Shown: piece after piece, positions 52,587 to 64,000 of the stretch
How positions within the stretch are numbered: the first letter of the stretch is position 1
Layout of the letters: the number at the start of each line of letters is the position of its first letter
Assembly: GCA_002189035.1 (NCBI GenBank)
Contig: NEEC01000002.1
Span: forward strand, 6,572,001 to 6,636,000
Direction: 5' to 3'
DNA from: Utricularia gibba
Lineage: Eukaryota; Plantae; Magnoliophyta
Length of the DNA stretch: 64,000 bases
Position numbers and translations under genes: made by a program
The notes under the pieces: generated by a model
What the model saw: only the letters and a program-made list of their open reading frames with translations
What the model was told of the DNA's origin: nothing
Databases searched by the model: none

Positions 52587-54185
52587 TCACGCGGCAACAA
52601 TGCCTTCCGCCACGAGCTCCGACTTCAGCTGAGCCACCTCCTTTTCCGGCAGGATCGCCGTCACCGATCGCCCTCCGTCGCCGCCGCGTCCTTGAAGCAC
52701 GAGAATAGCGCCGTTCGCTCCTACTCCATCAATTCGATAACTGACTCTCACTGGTTTCTCTCTGTTGTATTCGAACCCGTACAGATCCGCTTCTCCGAGG
52801 TCCAGGAAACTCAAGTTCGCACCATACACAACAAAGTCGGCCAGTCCCTGGCTCCTCTCCATCGCGCTTTCGATCTTCTCCCGCTCATCCACCGCGTCCT
52901 GCAGCAGAGCCGCCAATTCGCTCCGATCCATTTCGATCACCGATTCCGGACCCCTCGCCACGCCCACAGTCTGCGTATTACTTAGGTAGATCTCACCGTC
53001 GCCGTCTCCTTCGCGACTGCCCTTCCTCAACACCGTCACGACCTTGGGCTCCGCACCCGCGCCACGGATCTTGGCGACACATTGCCAGATGACGGCGGAA
53101 ATCGCCTCGAATTCGCCTTTCGCACGCAATCTCGACCGCAGAGTACTCAGCTCCGCGGCGGAGATGTCGAATGAGAACAGCTCCATCTTGCCCTCCGGGG
53201 AATGGATCCAATGGTCCCCCACCGGGTCGACCCGCAGAACAGAAAGCGGATCCTTCAGACTCTCTCCATTGGGTCTGAGCCCATTGCTTTTGAGCGGCGC
53301 AGAATAATTTGCCAGATCAACGGGCGGCCCAATATCCAGGCCCGCAACTGTTTTCCCCCACAGGTTCACAAAATCCACCATCGCAAAGGCATCCCCCAGA
53401 ACGTGGGCCCAGCTCACACCCACCGCCGCCCCCCTCCTTCGAATTTCGTCAGCTGCATTTAAAAACCTCACGTAATTTCAAAAAATAAACTAATTTTAAT
53501 AATTAAAAAATCCCATCAAAAATAATATAGGATTTTAATTCTTTTAATGAGCACGTCGCAGTCGGACGTGGAACGGACAAGCATCCCGCGTGGGCCCACC
53601 AACAAAATAATTAAATCCTATTTTGTAATCATTAAAAAAGGGGGCAGTTATTGTTCTCCATTATTTTATTTTTAACCAACGGTAACTCTAATTAAAGCTG
53701 TGGTTTTATTTTATTTTTTTATTCCTTGGAACTGAACCAGCAGGAGCAGAGGCGAGGCGCACCTGGACGTAGACGGAGGGAGAAAATTGGAGCTCCGGAC
53801 CCATAACTTGACCCGAAACCAGAAGCTTCTCCTTCTCCTCCAAGTCTCTAGCCTCAAGCCACTCCTCTAGGGTTTTCCGGCACTTCAACTCCACGAACCT
53901 GACGCCGCAGTCATTGCATTTGATGTAGGGCCTGCCGGAATCATCTCGCCGGAATCTTCCGTTGTGGACGGGGAACTTGTTGAGCCAAACGAAGGTGGGA
54001 TCCTTGATATCCTGTACTTTCAGCCCATCAAAAGCTTCTCTTTTGAAATAGTACACGCCTCTGATGTAGTGGAGCTTCATCGCCAAATCAATGTTACCGG
54101 GCTCCACCTCCGTGTTGAATCCGGCCACTTTTCCGGGTCCGATCGACGACAGCTTCAGATCGTAGACCAGATCCTGCTCACCCAT
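52587..54185 (-). CDS. CER26-like: ECERIFERUM 26/CER2-like BAHD-fold protein, 2 exons; apparent -1 frameshift at C6 53429-53434
   Basis: MGEQDLVYDLKLSSIGPG, LAMKLHYIRGVYYF, GRPYIKCNDCGVRFVE, GPELQFSPSVYVQ / intron 53453-53762 / LTKFEGG...GVSWAHVLGD (HXXXD), VYGANLSFLDL. Confidence 0.88.
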
Positions 54186-55986
54186 GTCTGCGAAGCCCTT
54201 GGTTGGCCAGTGTAAGTGAAAGAAGGGAGGAGGTAGTGGTCTTAAATAAATGGTGTATGATTGTCTTTTTTTTTTCAATTAACCAATAATTCCTTCATTT
54301 TTTAACCATAATTTATTTAAAATAAATATCCTTCACAATATATTCCACTTTGAAAACATTCTCATGTTTAAAATAATATTTAAAATAAAAATTGAAAATT
54401 CAATTATGGCTTTATTTCTCTCTCATATAATTAAATCATGATTGAATCATAATTAATTTTTAAATATTTTTAAATATTTAATTAAAACTCTTATTCATAA
54501 TTTAAAACAATTCAATTATGATTGAATCGTAATTTTTCAAATACCAATAATCACTTGATATGTATGTATGATCAAGATTAATCGAATTTCAATTGATCAA
54601 GAGAGTAAGATGATCAAACATATATTGATCTTGGCACACACACATGCTAATTTTTAATTTGAATATTATTTATTATTAATATTTTTTTAAAAAAAAAAAA
54701 GGAATGTGCATATTGTATGTTTTTTTTCTTTTTTTGTTAGGGGTGGATATGATGAATGTCGGGTGAGGATTTAAAGTTGTCAACTAACTACCTGCCTTGG
54801 CATTCAATTCGATCTCATTGGAGAGTACCCTTACAGTGGAATCGAATAGGAGGAGCAGCCAAAAACAAGGACACGTGTCTGTCGCTTGCAGAGGATGGCA
54901 TCTTGGATACCAAGGCTAGTGACCTGCTACTAGCCGCCAACCGGTTTCCAGACAAAAGAAGATGGAGTTTTTTTTGTTCTTTTAAGAGTTCATTCAGCAA
55001 GTCCACATTGGACTTGTTGCACATTCCCTCACTTCATTTCTGTGACATCTCCAACAAAACACCTCCAGATAACTAATTTTTAATTTAAAGTAGTCATAGT
55101 TGAGAAACGCATTGTGATTTTTTAGAGCATTTTTGTGGTACTTATTTGTACCACAAAGATATGAAGCTTTTTTTGCACATTATTAATAGTGGGTATTAGA
55201 AAAGTAGTCATACTATTTGGAGTCTATTTGGAATGTATGATAAAAATAATCATCATATGTATAAAAAATTAATCATAGTATATAATAAAATAGAGTGGTT
55301 GTGATTACTTTTCAAAATGACTTATATTAATAGTTTATTTGGTGTATTTTCTAATTTGAATAAAGTTACGACAATGCTTCAATTTTTGTGATTCTAAATT
55401 ACTTTTTTTTTTTTTTGAAGTCATTTGTAAGGAGTCATTTTAAATAGATTTGAAATAAAGATTCGCTTACTCAATTGGAAAGAATTAGAAATTGTGCAAT
55501 AAGAAAGAGTATAATTGAATTAAGAAATCAGGTTGATAATTGATGAAATGGATATGAATAATTGAATATGTTGTCAATTGAAGATGGATGGATGATATAA
55601 TAGATCACGTGACTCGCCAGATTGGCGGAATACGCCTTTGCAAGATCATTATTTTATTGATTATGTATTAAATTTAATTTATAAAAACTGCATTTATGAT
55701 ATATAATTTTTTATTTAATACAAATTATATGTTATACAGCCCATGTGCTTTTTTTTATTTGAAGTTGATTAAGGTTGAGGTTGAAAAACTAAAGCATTGT
55801 TCTTAAGAATTTTGAAGATCTATTTCTATTTTTTAAAAATAACAATAATTTTATTTTAAAACAATATCAATTATAAAATAATTTTATCAAAAATAATTTT
55901 AAAATTATATCACAAAAATTATTTTTAAAAAAGTAAAAAATTGATTATTTTTATTTTGTATTTATATTTTTTAAAAATAATTTTAA

Positions 55987-56026
55987 AAAGTAAAAACATA
56001 TTTCAAAAATTTTCTAGAATACTATT
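55987..56026. repeat. Copy of a dispersed AT-rich 40 nt motif (other copies: 57532-57571 direct, 51964-52003 inverted); possible MITE remnant
   Basis: AAAGTAAAAACATATTTCAAAAATTTTCTAGAATACTATT matches 57532-57571 at 35/40 and the reverse complement of 51964-52003 at 33/40 by eye; element boundaries not resolved. Confidence 0.5.
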
Positions 56027-56077
56027 TAAGATTTCATTTAATAATAGTATATTAATATGTTCAAGTATAATGTAATT

Positions 56078-56587
56078 TGTTACGATTGAAAATCGACATT
56101 TGAATCAGAATGGATTATTGGTTTCATGAAAATGGACGGATGTGTCAAATCCGAGTATGGTTTGAATGCGTTGGTTGATGTGGTTTACCAAAATAAAAAG
56201 AGGCGGAGATTTTTTACATGAAAATTGTCGAAGGATGGAAAAAAATCACAAAGCTATCGAAGTTCGTCGGAGAAAACCTTCACTAAATGGAGGTGAGAAG
56301 AGAAGATATTAGTTGGAAAGCTAGGAATTCAACCCTTTTTCGTTTTGGATTTCTCCTATTTATAGAGGAGGTCGAACTGACCGAATCCTGACTACTATAA
56401 TTGTCGATTGATTTCTACGCCTGGACTATGATCTTGCTTTTCAGATAATCGCTGCTTGCTCTGTCGTAATTAAGTCACTTTTCAGACTGTGTCTCTGGCA
56501 CATATTAGCCTATCGAACGACGTTTTTCCGTCAGAGCATCTTTTTGCAGATTTTCAAATATCGATATATCCGATTTGTGTCCCATCA
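56078..56587 (-). mobile_element. Solo LTR of an LTR retrotransposon (510 bp)
   Basis: TG...CA termini (TGTTACG...CCCATCA); perfect 5 bp TSD TAATT at 56073-56077 and 56588-56592; minus-strand CTATAAATAGG TATA at 56355-56365; no internal gag/pol. Confidence 0.85.
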
Positions 56588-57291
56588 TAATTAAATATAT
56601 ATATAACATTTGATATTTGAGAATTGAAGTTTGAATATATAATTGATATAAATATAATTAGGTATTTCTTAAATTTATATAAAAAATGAGTACATAGTCA
56701 ATATAATCACAACAAATTTATAAATATAAACTTGAAATATCGTAGCATTGACCGAGAGGGGGTCTGCGGCAAGAGAGTATGATTGAAGTTGGAGGGGTTG
56801 GTGGCGGAGTGGGCATTCCAACAGGAAAACTGATGAGGCAAAGCGACGGGGATTAATGGAGGAGGTTGAGGGTTGTGCGTTTTGAGGATATCAAACCCAT
56901 TTCCCCTTCAATCATTTATTTGTGTTGCTTGGGAGGTAGTTGCAGCACTTAAAGCCAGCGAGAGACCATCCTTCAATCAATCAACGAATTGGATGCACAA
57001 CAACACCAACGAGAAGAAGAAGACGAAGAAGAAGCTCACATGTTCCATCACCCACGGTCACCAACTCCCACGACTTGGTCCTTCCTGCTTTTCCATTGTC
57101 GTAGGATTAACTTATCTATTTTGACTTCATTTATAGCATCTTTACTGATTTCATGAAATAATGACATGGTTTTTCGAAAATCAGTTTTATTTTTATGGAA
57201 ATGATTAATTTTAGTAAATTTTATATTGCGAAAACCATTTTGAGGAAATGGAGTTTTCTCATGGAAACTCAATAACGGAATCCACGTCATC

Positions 57292-57355
57292 ATTTCCGGA
57301 AATCACTAAAGATGTCCTTATCAATTTCCGGAAATCACTAAATATGCCCTTATCA
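57292..57355. repeat. 32 bp tandem duplication (2 copies, 2 mismatches)
   Basis: ATTTCCGGAAATCACTAAAGATGTCCTTATCA followed by ATTTCCGGAAATCACTAAATATGCCCTTATCA. Confidence 0.9.
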
Positions 57356-58135
57356 ATTGGTTTAATTTTTTTTTTGAAAACTATTTTTAATTTTCAAGAT
57401 TATTTTTGAAAAATTAAAATAACAAAATCTTTAATTTTTTAAAAATAATTTTATAGTATAATTTTAAAAATGTTTTTGATATAATTATTTCAATCAAAAT
57501 TGTTCTAAAACAAAATTATTTTTACTCTTGAAAAGTAAAAATAGATTTTAAAAATTTTCCAAAATACTATTTTAATTTTTTTCATACTTTTAATAAATTA
57601 AGTAAGTTCTATTTTATTTAAAAAAGACTATATTTGGTATATGTATTTATAATTTCAAAAATGTATCCATTGATATCTATATTTATTGGATAGATCAATT
57701 TTTTAAAATACTTATTTATTTAGTTTTTTTAATCAAATGAGTTGTAATTTATTTTTATAAATATAATATATATTAAATATAGTATTTTTAAGTATATATT
57801 TATGAAATTTACATTTCAATTATAAAATGTGTATTTATAATACACAAATCTTTTTGATTCACAAGCGAAAACCTGAGAGCCTAGTTGCCAGACAGCCCAT
57901 TGACCTTAATTTGGGCTTTTAATGAGCCTAGTGCATTATTAAGTTCAGCCCAACAAATGAATTTCCTTTATTTATTTTTGTTGGAATTTCAAGTCAAAAT
58001 CAAAACGATTCCTCTGCCGTCCGGAGTCCGATACACGATAGGTGTCCCAAGTCACCCGCGTCCTACGCTAGTCCAACTGCCGTGGTCGCTTCTGATCTCC
58101 GCCATTCTTGCCAAGTTGTGCGTGATTAGGAAGCC

Positions 58136-61100
58136 ATGGCTGTGTCTTCGGCCTTGCGGTTGTCTTTTGGATTAGCTCTCGTGCTGCACCTGGGACTTGC
58201 CTTGTTTTTTCTGTCATCGGCAGTGGCTGCGAATGAGGTGTCGCGTCCTGCTCCAAACGGGGAGTCTGATGTCTGCCGAAATGATTTCCGATTGGTGAGA
58301 TATCCTGAGACTCATTGATGAAAAGTCTCTTCTTTCTTCGTCTTCCTATTCTGTGTTGGTTGGATACTTATCTTCTAAGAGAATCAGATTTTGATGATAT
58401 GCTCTTAGTACTGATGGTAATTGCCTCTTTTCCTTGTTGATTGGGTTTGTGACATTGGTTTCTATGGTTGGCAATAAATGGGCACTTTGTTCTAGCACTA
58501 GATCAAGTTTACTGATTTGATCAGGCCGTGACTTATGAGTGGAGCGGTATTAGAGATACTATCGCAACTTGTACTATAACAATGTGAAAGTTTGCATGGT
58601 GGTCTGATAATAAATTTTTGAACTTTCTCTGCTCAGGTGCATCTTTTTTCTAGTGGAAAAAAAATATATTTACGAATGATCGCCCAAGTGATCGTTTTTC
58701 TTCTTTCTTTTCCCCAGGTTAAGGTGAAAAGATGGGTAAATGGGGTTCGAAAAAAGTCATTTGTGGGTCTGAGTGCGGATTTTGGCTCCATATTGCCCTC
58801 TCAAGCTAATGACGCTCATAGAATGCCAGCTACTTTTTCGAAACCCTTGAACAGTTGTTCAGCCTCTTCTTCCAAGGTATCTGTGTGTCCTCTATGTTAG
58901 TCTTCACATGCCTTTACGTGGAGCCTGCAACGCTATGTTTTTGTTTCTGTCTTGCATTCTTTTGCTAATTTCATGCCAAGCACTCAATTGCTTTCTTTTT
59001 ATGCAATCCTTTTGTAGCTAACAGGCTCTATTGCTTTGGCTTCACGTGGTGATTGTGCCTTTACAACTAAAGCAGAAGTTGCACAGGCTGGAGGGGCTGT
59101 TGGATTGTTGGTTATAAATGATGAAGACGGTAATTTTTCTGTTGCGAAGCCCCTTTAGAAAACTATATTTTTTATACATATATATGTATCAATGAATATA
59201 TGCGTACATAAATGTTGAATTGCTGCTTACTTGTTTTTGCTGTTGTAGATATTGTGCAGATGGGTTGTGGAAAGGAAACTGCTTTAAATATTTCAATACC
59301 TGTTGTCATCGCCTCAAAGTTGGTAGGAGAGAAACTGAAGAACTTAATGGATGAAGGGTTGAAAGGTGATTTTGTATACGATTGGGTTATAGTTCAAATG
59401 GAATAATTACTAGCTTATCCTTCATAATATTCATGGGAGTTTTGTTGAGCTGGGGTTGGTTTTGGTTTTGCTGTCTTTAATTGATGAATTTTCAACGCTA
59501 ACACTTTTCTTCTGATGTAGTGGAACTTCTTCTATACTCTCCGGATAGACCTATTATGGACTACTCAGTCATATTTATCTGGCTGATGGCTGTCGTAACT
59601 GTAGTTTATGCATCACTTTGGCCTGAAATCGCTGGAATGGGGAGTATCGTAGAGGAACACAGCGAAGTTTTAGAAAGGGTATGATTCAAATTTGGATTCA
59701 GAATTAAGTAGGATTTTCCTATTCTAAGCCATGATATGAACGGGGTGTATATATGCATTTAATCGCACTGTGTTTTCTAGTGCTGAGTTTGTTATTGATC
59801 CTTCTTTGTTCATATGCAGGATTTTTATTCTCTTCCCGATGATGGAGAGAAGGCAATCTACCATATCAATACAAAAAGTGCTATTTTTTTTGTCATTGTT
59901 GCGTCAAGTTTCCTGCTATTACTCTACTTCTTTATGTCACCATGGTTTGTCTGGTTGCTCATCGTACTTTTCTGCATCGGGGGCATTGAGGTAACAAATC
60001 CATATTATTCTTCTCTTGCCTTCGGCCAACTCTAGAAGTAATTTGATAGTACACAAGTTTGAGAAACTGTGCTCATGGCCCCTAGTGCATTTTTTCAGGG
60101 AATGCATTTTTGCATTATGTCATTGGTGTTGAGGTACGCATGAATCATACTCATCAGAACTATGGAAGTGAAATATTCTGAATTTCCTGTTTCATCTTCA
60201 GCAGCCAATACAGAGGTTGTGCACAGAAGAAGTTGAACGTGCCTCTCGTCGGAGAAATTTCAGTTCTGTCTCTAGTTGTTCTCATAGCCTGCATAGTTTT
60301 AACCGTCATTTGGGCTGCCAACCGTAAATCATCGAACTCTTGGATGGGCCAAGACATTCTTGTAAGATGCCATTTATACGTTGTCATATCCTGTTTTCAT
60401 GTGACTACAAACATTGCAATTGCTAATTGATGCTCTTCGTTGCTTGGGGATTTGATCACTTTCATGGATATCAGGGTATATGTTTGATGATAACTGTTCT
60501 GCAATTCGCTCAGCTACCAAACATCAAGGTATTATGGATCTACCGTGTTAGCTGCAGTGCAATTGTTTATTTCCTTCAATCTTACTTTGTTCTTTTTCAA
60601 TGGCTTTTCTTCTTGCAGGTTTCAACTGTGCTTCTGTGTTGTGCATTTGCATACGACATCTTTTGGGTCTTCTTATCTCCTCTTATATTCCATGACAGCG
60701 TAATGATTGCGGTGAGTTTTCTTCTCTTTCTATCTTCTTTGCTAATCCACATGAATCTGAATGCACAGATCGTCACTTCCTTAAGTTGCAGCTACCCATC
60801 CACACGTCACCCTTATAATTTGCTGTTGGAATGATTTTTTAGGTTGCACAAGGTGATAAGAGCGGTGGAGAGTCCATACCCATGCTCCTGAGGGTTCCTC
60901 GGATTGGTGACCCTTACAATGGTTATGACATGATTGGCTTTGGGGACATCTTGTTCCCTGGTTTGCTGGTGTCCTTCGCCCGCAGGTAACCAAATCTACC
61001 GCAACTGAACTGTCATATGAAGCCTCAGCCTACTCCGTAAGGGTGTAAAACAGGCTTCTGATGTTTTCAGATTTGACAAATCCTGCAAGAAGAGCATATT

Positions 61101-61548
61101 CAATGGGTACTTCCTGTGGTTGTCAATTGGCTATGGAGTGGGTAAGAATCTTGATGCGTGAACCACATACATAATAAATGCAAAGTGAGGTAAATTTACT
61201 GAACAGTGACGAATGACATGTTTTCTTCAGGCCTTGTGTTTACTTACTTGGGGCTGTATTTGATGAATGGCCATGGTCAACCTGCTCTTCTATACTTGGT
61301 GCCATGCACTCTGGGTGGGTTCTTCACATCACCACTTTCATTCTGCAAAACTTGTCCCAGTTTCGATTCCTTTGACTTTAAAATACATGTATGTGTATCT
61401 GCTAGGAACTTGCATCATACTAGGGTTGATAAGAGGAGAGCTGAAGCAACTTTGGAGCCACGGTGACAACTCCAGACAAGTCTCCGTTCCCCCCCATGGG
61501 GAGCTTGATGCACCACTCAGCCTGGACTCCAACCACACACGAGCGTGA
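58136..61548 (+). CDS. SPPL: Signal peptide peptidase-like aspartic protease with PA domain (SPPL), multi-exon
   Basis: Signal peptide, PA domain ([19 protein letters not shown]), catalytic AYDIFWVF and GFGDILFPG, and [10 protein letters not shown] motifs, all intact. Confidence 0.94.
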
Positions 61549-61561
61549 CCGATGAGCTGCC

Positions 61562-61584
61562 GAGCATGAGCATGAGCATGAGCA
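61562..61584 (+). repeat. (GAGCAT)n microsatellite just downstream of the SPPL stop
   Basis: GAGCAT x3 plus GAGCA. Confidence 0.8.
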
Positions 61585-61770
61585 AAACAAGTTGTATCTT
61601 ATAACTATATATATGCTTTAGATTTCATTGCAGTGGCCAGTCCCATGCATATACATCCTAATTTCTGGTGACTGCAATGCATTGCAATTGTTTTTGGTAG
61701 CTCCCTCGATGATAAAATTGATGCCAAAGCCCATGTTCAGAGATACTATCAATGAATTCCAACCATGACT

Positions 61771-62063
61771 GAGATACTGGAAAACAACCAGTGGAACCAA
61801 GAGAAGACAATGTGAGACATCATGTTTAGGCCTTCGAGCGAGGAAGTGTTTTGGATTCTGAGGATAAGAGAATGGGAACATACCCTGAAGAAGTTCTGCC
61901 GCTAATAAAGCTTGTGCTTGTGTTTACTTATCTGACACCTTCTACAAGACCTTCAATGCCGGAAGTAGTGCAAATATTGGAGCTCATCAAGGTGCCATTT
62001 CCAGAAACTAAAGCTCTTTGTCAAAAGCTTAGATTGGACCATGTAGTCTCAGTTCAGCCATGA
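61771..62063 (+). pseudogene. Decayed C-terminal kinase fragment of an LRR receptor-like kinase (IRK/At3g28040-like)
   Basis: TGKQPVEPREDNVRHHV*AFERGSVLDSEDKRMGTYPEEVLPLIKLVLVFTYLTPSTRPSMPEVVQILELIKVP aligns by eye to kinase subdomains IX-XI (TGRRPVE...RPSMAEVVQIL), with an internal stop and deletions. Confidence 0.75.
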
Positions 62064-62477
62064 AAACCTGAATGAAAAGTTTTCATTCGATTTGGGAGCT
62101 CATATTCAAATTTGTGCAATACGGACACCTCAGGGATTAGAACCATACATCATAAAATTCAGAACATTGTGATACATCAACTAAATTCAGAAGCTGTCCA
62201 GCACCATGCCCGTTGCCAAAAAACTTGCAACTCCATGATAAATTGGAAATTATGGAGTCTTTTCACGTAATTGTGGCTGTGTTGTTTTGATACAATAATA
62301 AAAAAAAAGATAATACATAGAAGATTTTTGTTACATATTTTTGAAACCTAAAGCACAAAACTTTGATAGCTGAGAGAACAAACTGAATGTAGGCTCTCCT
62401 CTCCAATTCATGTAAGTTCTACATGCTGACAGGTCATATACGAGCACAGCATAAATATGGCTGGCCGGTTGGCTTTT

Positions 62478-64000
62478 TCATGAGCCAGATGATGAAACAG
62501 ACTTCAATCCCAGTTGCACGTTTTCGAGGCAAGCTACGAGGTCGCGGTATTCTTCTGTGTCCTTAAAGTTCTCAGCCTGTCTGATGGAACTCTTCAAATG
62601 CATCTCCGCAGCGAACAGTTCTCTGCGGCTGGAGCCACGGGAAGCAAGAGCATGATAAACTTTGCAAAGCTCCAAAGAAGAGTGCGCAAACTTTGTGAAA
62701 CGATCCTTATCGTTCCATAGATTGGTCCCCTGGTAGGATCTCACCTGTTTTAGGAGAGCTTCTGCACACATAGCAAGATCTCCCGTCAGCTTGTGCCACC
62801 TTGCATAAAGTCCCCATGTCTCTGCTGTTCCACCACTCTGAATGATCTGCTTTAAGATTCTCCCTAGCGTATCTACCATTCGCTGGGCCTCCCCATCAAT
62901 CAGGGGTTCGAATTCGGAGCAGCTTGCTTTGGTCCCATGAACCAAATTTGAGTTGACGTTCACACGTTCAGAGTGCCTGCTATCACCATTCACCAAGGGA
63001 TGCTGATCAGCAGGAGTTGAAACTCTGGTTTCAACCGCCAGCATTATTCTCTCGAGAAGAACGGTGTCGATTCTCTTCTTCTTAGTCATATCTAGTACTT
63101 TTTGCATGGCTTCCATGGCCTGGCCAAAGTTTCCAACATCAGCAGCGACATGGCTAAAATTTTCCCACATTTCCCAGCTATCTCGCTTCAGTTTTAATGC
63201 CTCCTTGAAAGCAATAAAAGCCTCCTTGTTTCTCTTTTTGATCATATGTAAGCAAGCGATATTATTCCACGCCTCCCCATTATCAGGATCTAGTTGCACT
63301 GAACGTGTAAAAGCATCCAGTGCCTTGTCAACGTCCTTGGACTTCAAGGCAGCAGCCCCAAGTGCAAACCAGCCATTCGGATACATGGAATTCAGAGCCA
63401 ATGCAGACTCAAATAACGCCTTTGCTTTGTCATACTCACCTCGATTGTATGCTGAGCGCGCAAGAGAGTGGAATGCTCGAGCAGATCGATTTCCAGAGAC
63501 CTCCAGGGCTTTCTCAAAATAGGTATCATTAAACGTGACATCACCAAGTGAACACCACAACCTGGGGTCTAATGGCTTCTCCAACAGACGCTTCTTAATG
63601 AGTTCAACAGCTGCTGGTTTCTTATCCATCAACTTGTAACAAAGAATTAGATCATCCCACAGCTCAAGATCCTCGTAAATTCTAATAGCTTCCCCTATCA
63701 AGCCAATACTGACTAAAAGATGACCATGTTCCCTGCATGAACATTTGGATGTCAGTCATTCAACGAAGAACTGACTATGCAGCAACAAACATATTTCATG
63801 GTTGTTATTGCAAGCTTTACAAAGAAAAAATATGAGGGATGTAGTTGCATACTTGCGCAGTAAAGGAATCAATGGCATGCTAACTCCAAAAGAGTAAAAT
63901 AATCTTTCAGCACAAGCAGGAGGTTGACATCGTACTCTTTCTACCTACATGATGAAAGTCCTAGATTAGAAAGAGCCATACAAGCAAATGGTGGTCCATA
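62478..64000 (-). CDS. TTC27: Tetratricopeptide repeat protein 27 homologue (TTC27/EMW1), 3' part; gene continues beyond the window
   Basis: Last large exon EHGHLLVSIGLIGEAIRIYEDLELWDDLILCY, TPRs (GWFALGAAALK, DPDNGEAWNNIACLH), EALLKQVRSYQG; upstream exon near 63852-63945 ends MPLIPLLRK. Confidence 0.9.

Noticed and set aside
57160-57240. Short inverted repeat (ATGGTTTTTCG...CGAAAACCAT) as a miRNA or MITE hairpin
   Set aside because: Only about 10 bp of pairing, with no extended stem and no TSD
63064-63522. 152 aa plus-strand ORF
   Set aside because: Antisense to the TTC27 last exon with no recognisable domain
1-64000. rRNA, tRNA and autonomous transposase/reverse transcriptase genes
   Set aside because: No conserved rRNA blocks, cloverleaf A/B boxes or RT/integrase/transposase motifs were recognised by eye; tRNAscan-SE or Rfam searches would be needed to exclude small RNAs

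Overview
Plant (eudicot) nuclear DNA, not prokaryotic. I find 19 protein-coding genes in 64 kb (about 3.4 kb per gene), mostly with 70-110 bp introns. This points to a very compact genome; a Lentibulariaceae-like or other asterid source is an inference only. Gene order: AHL, type I MADS-box, PHT4;4, BPS1-like, WRKY, ABIL1, eIF1A, ADNT1, STR4/TROL, DRP1A, an uncharacterised TM protein, a Pro-rich protein, cytochrome b5, LHY, VPS38/UVRAG, NO VEIN, CER26-like, SPPL, and the 3' part of TTC27. Non-genic features are a 510 bp solo LTR with a perfect 5 bp target-site duplication, a decayed LRR-RLK kinase remnant and small repeats. Three observations stand out. (1) Cytochrome b5 intron 1 holds a ~115 bp tandem array in which the conserved units are 3' splice-site modules (branch point, AG, start of exon 2), creating out-of-frame decoy acceptors. 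(2) Six -1 frameshifts in four genes all fall in homopolymer runs, most likely assembly errors. (3) NO VEIN combines an intact GHKL ATPase with an intact PD-(D/E)xK-type motif. No rRNA, tRNA or CRISPR array was seen. Gene names come from recalled family motifs; no database search was run.
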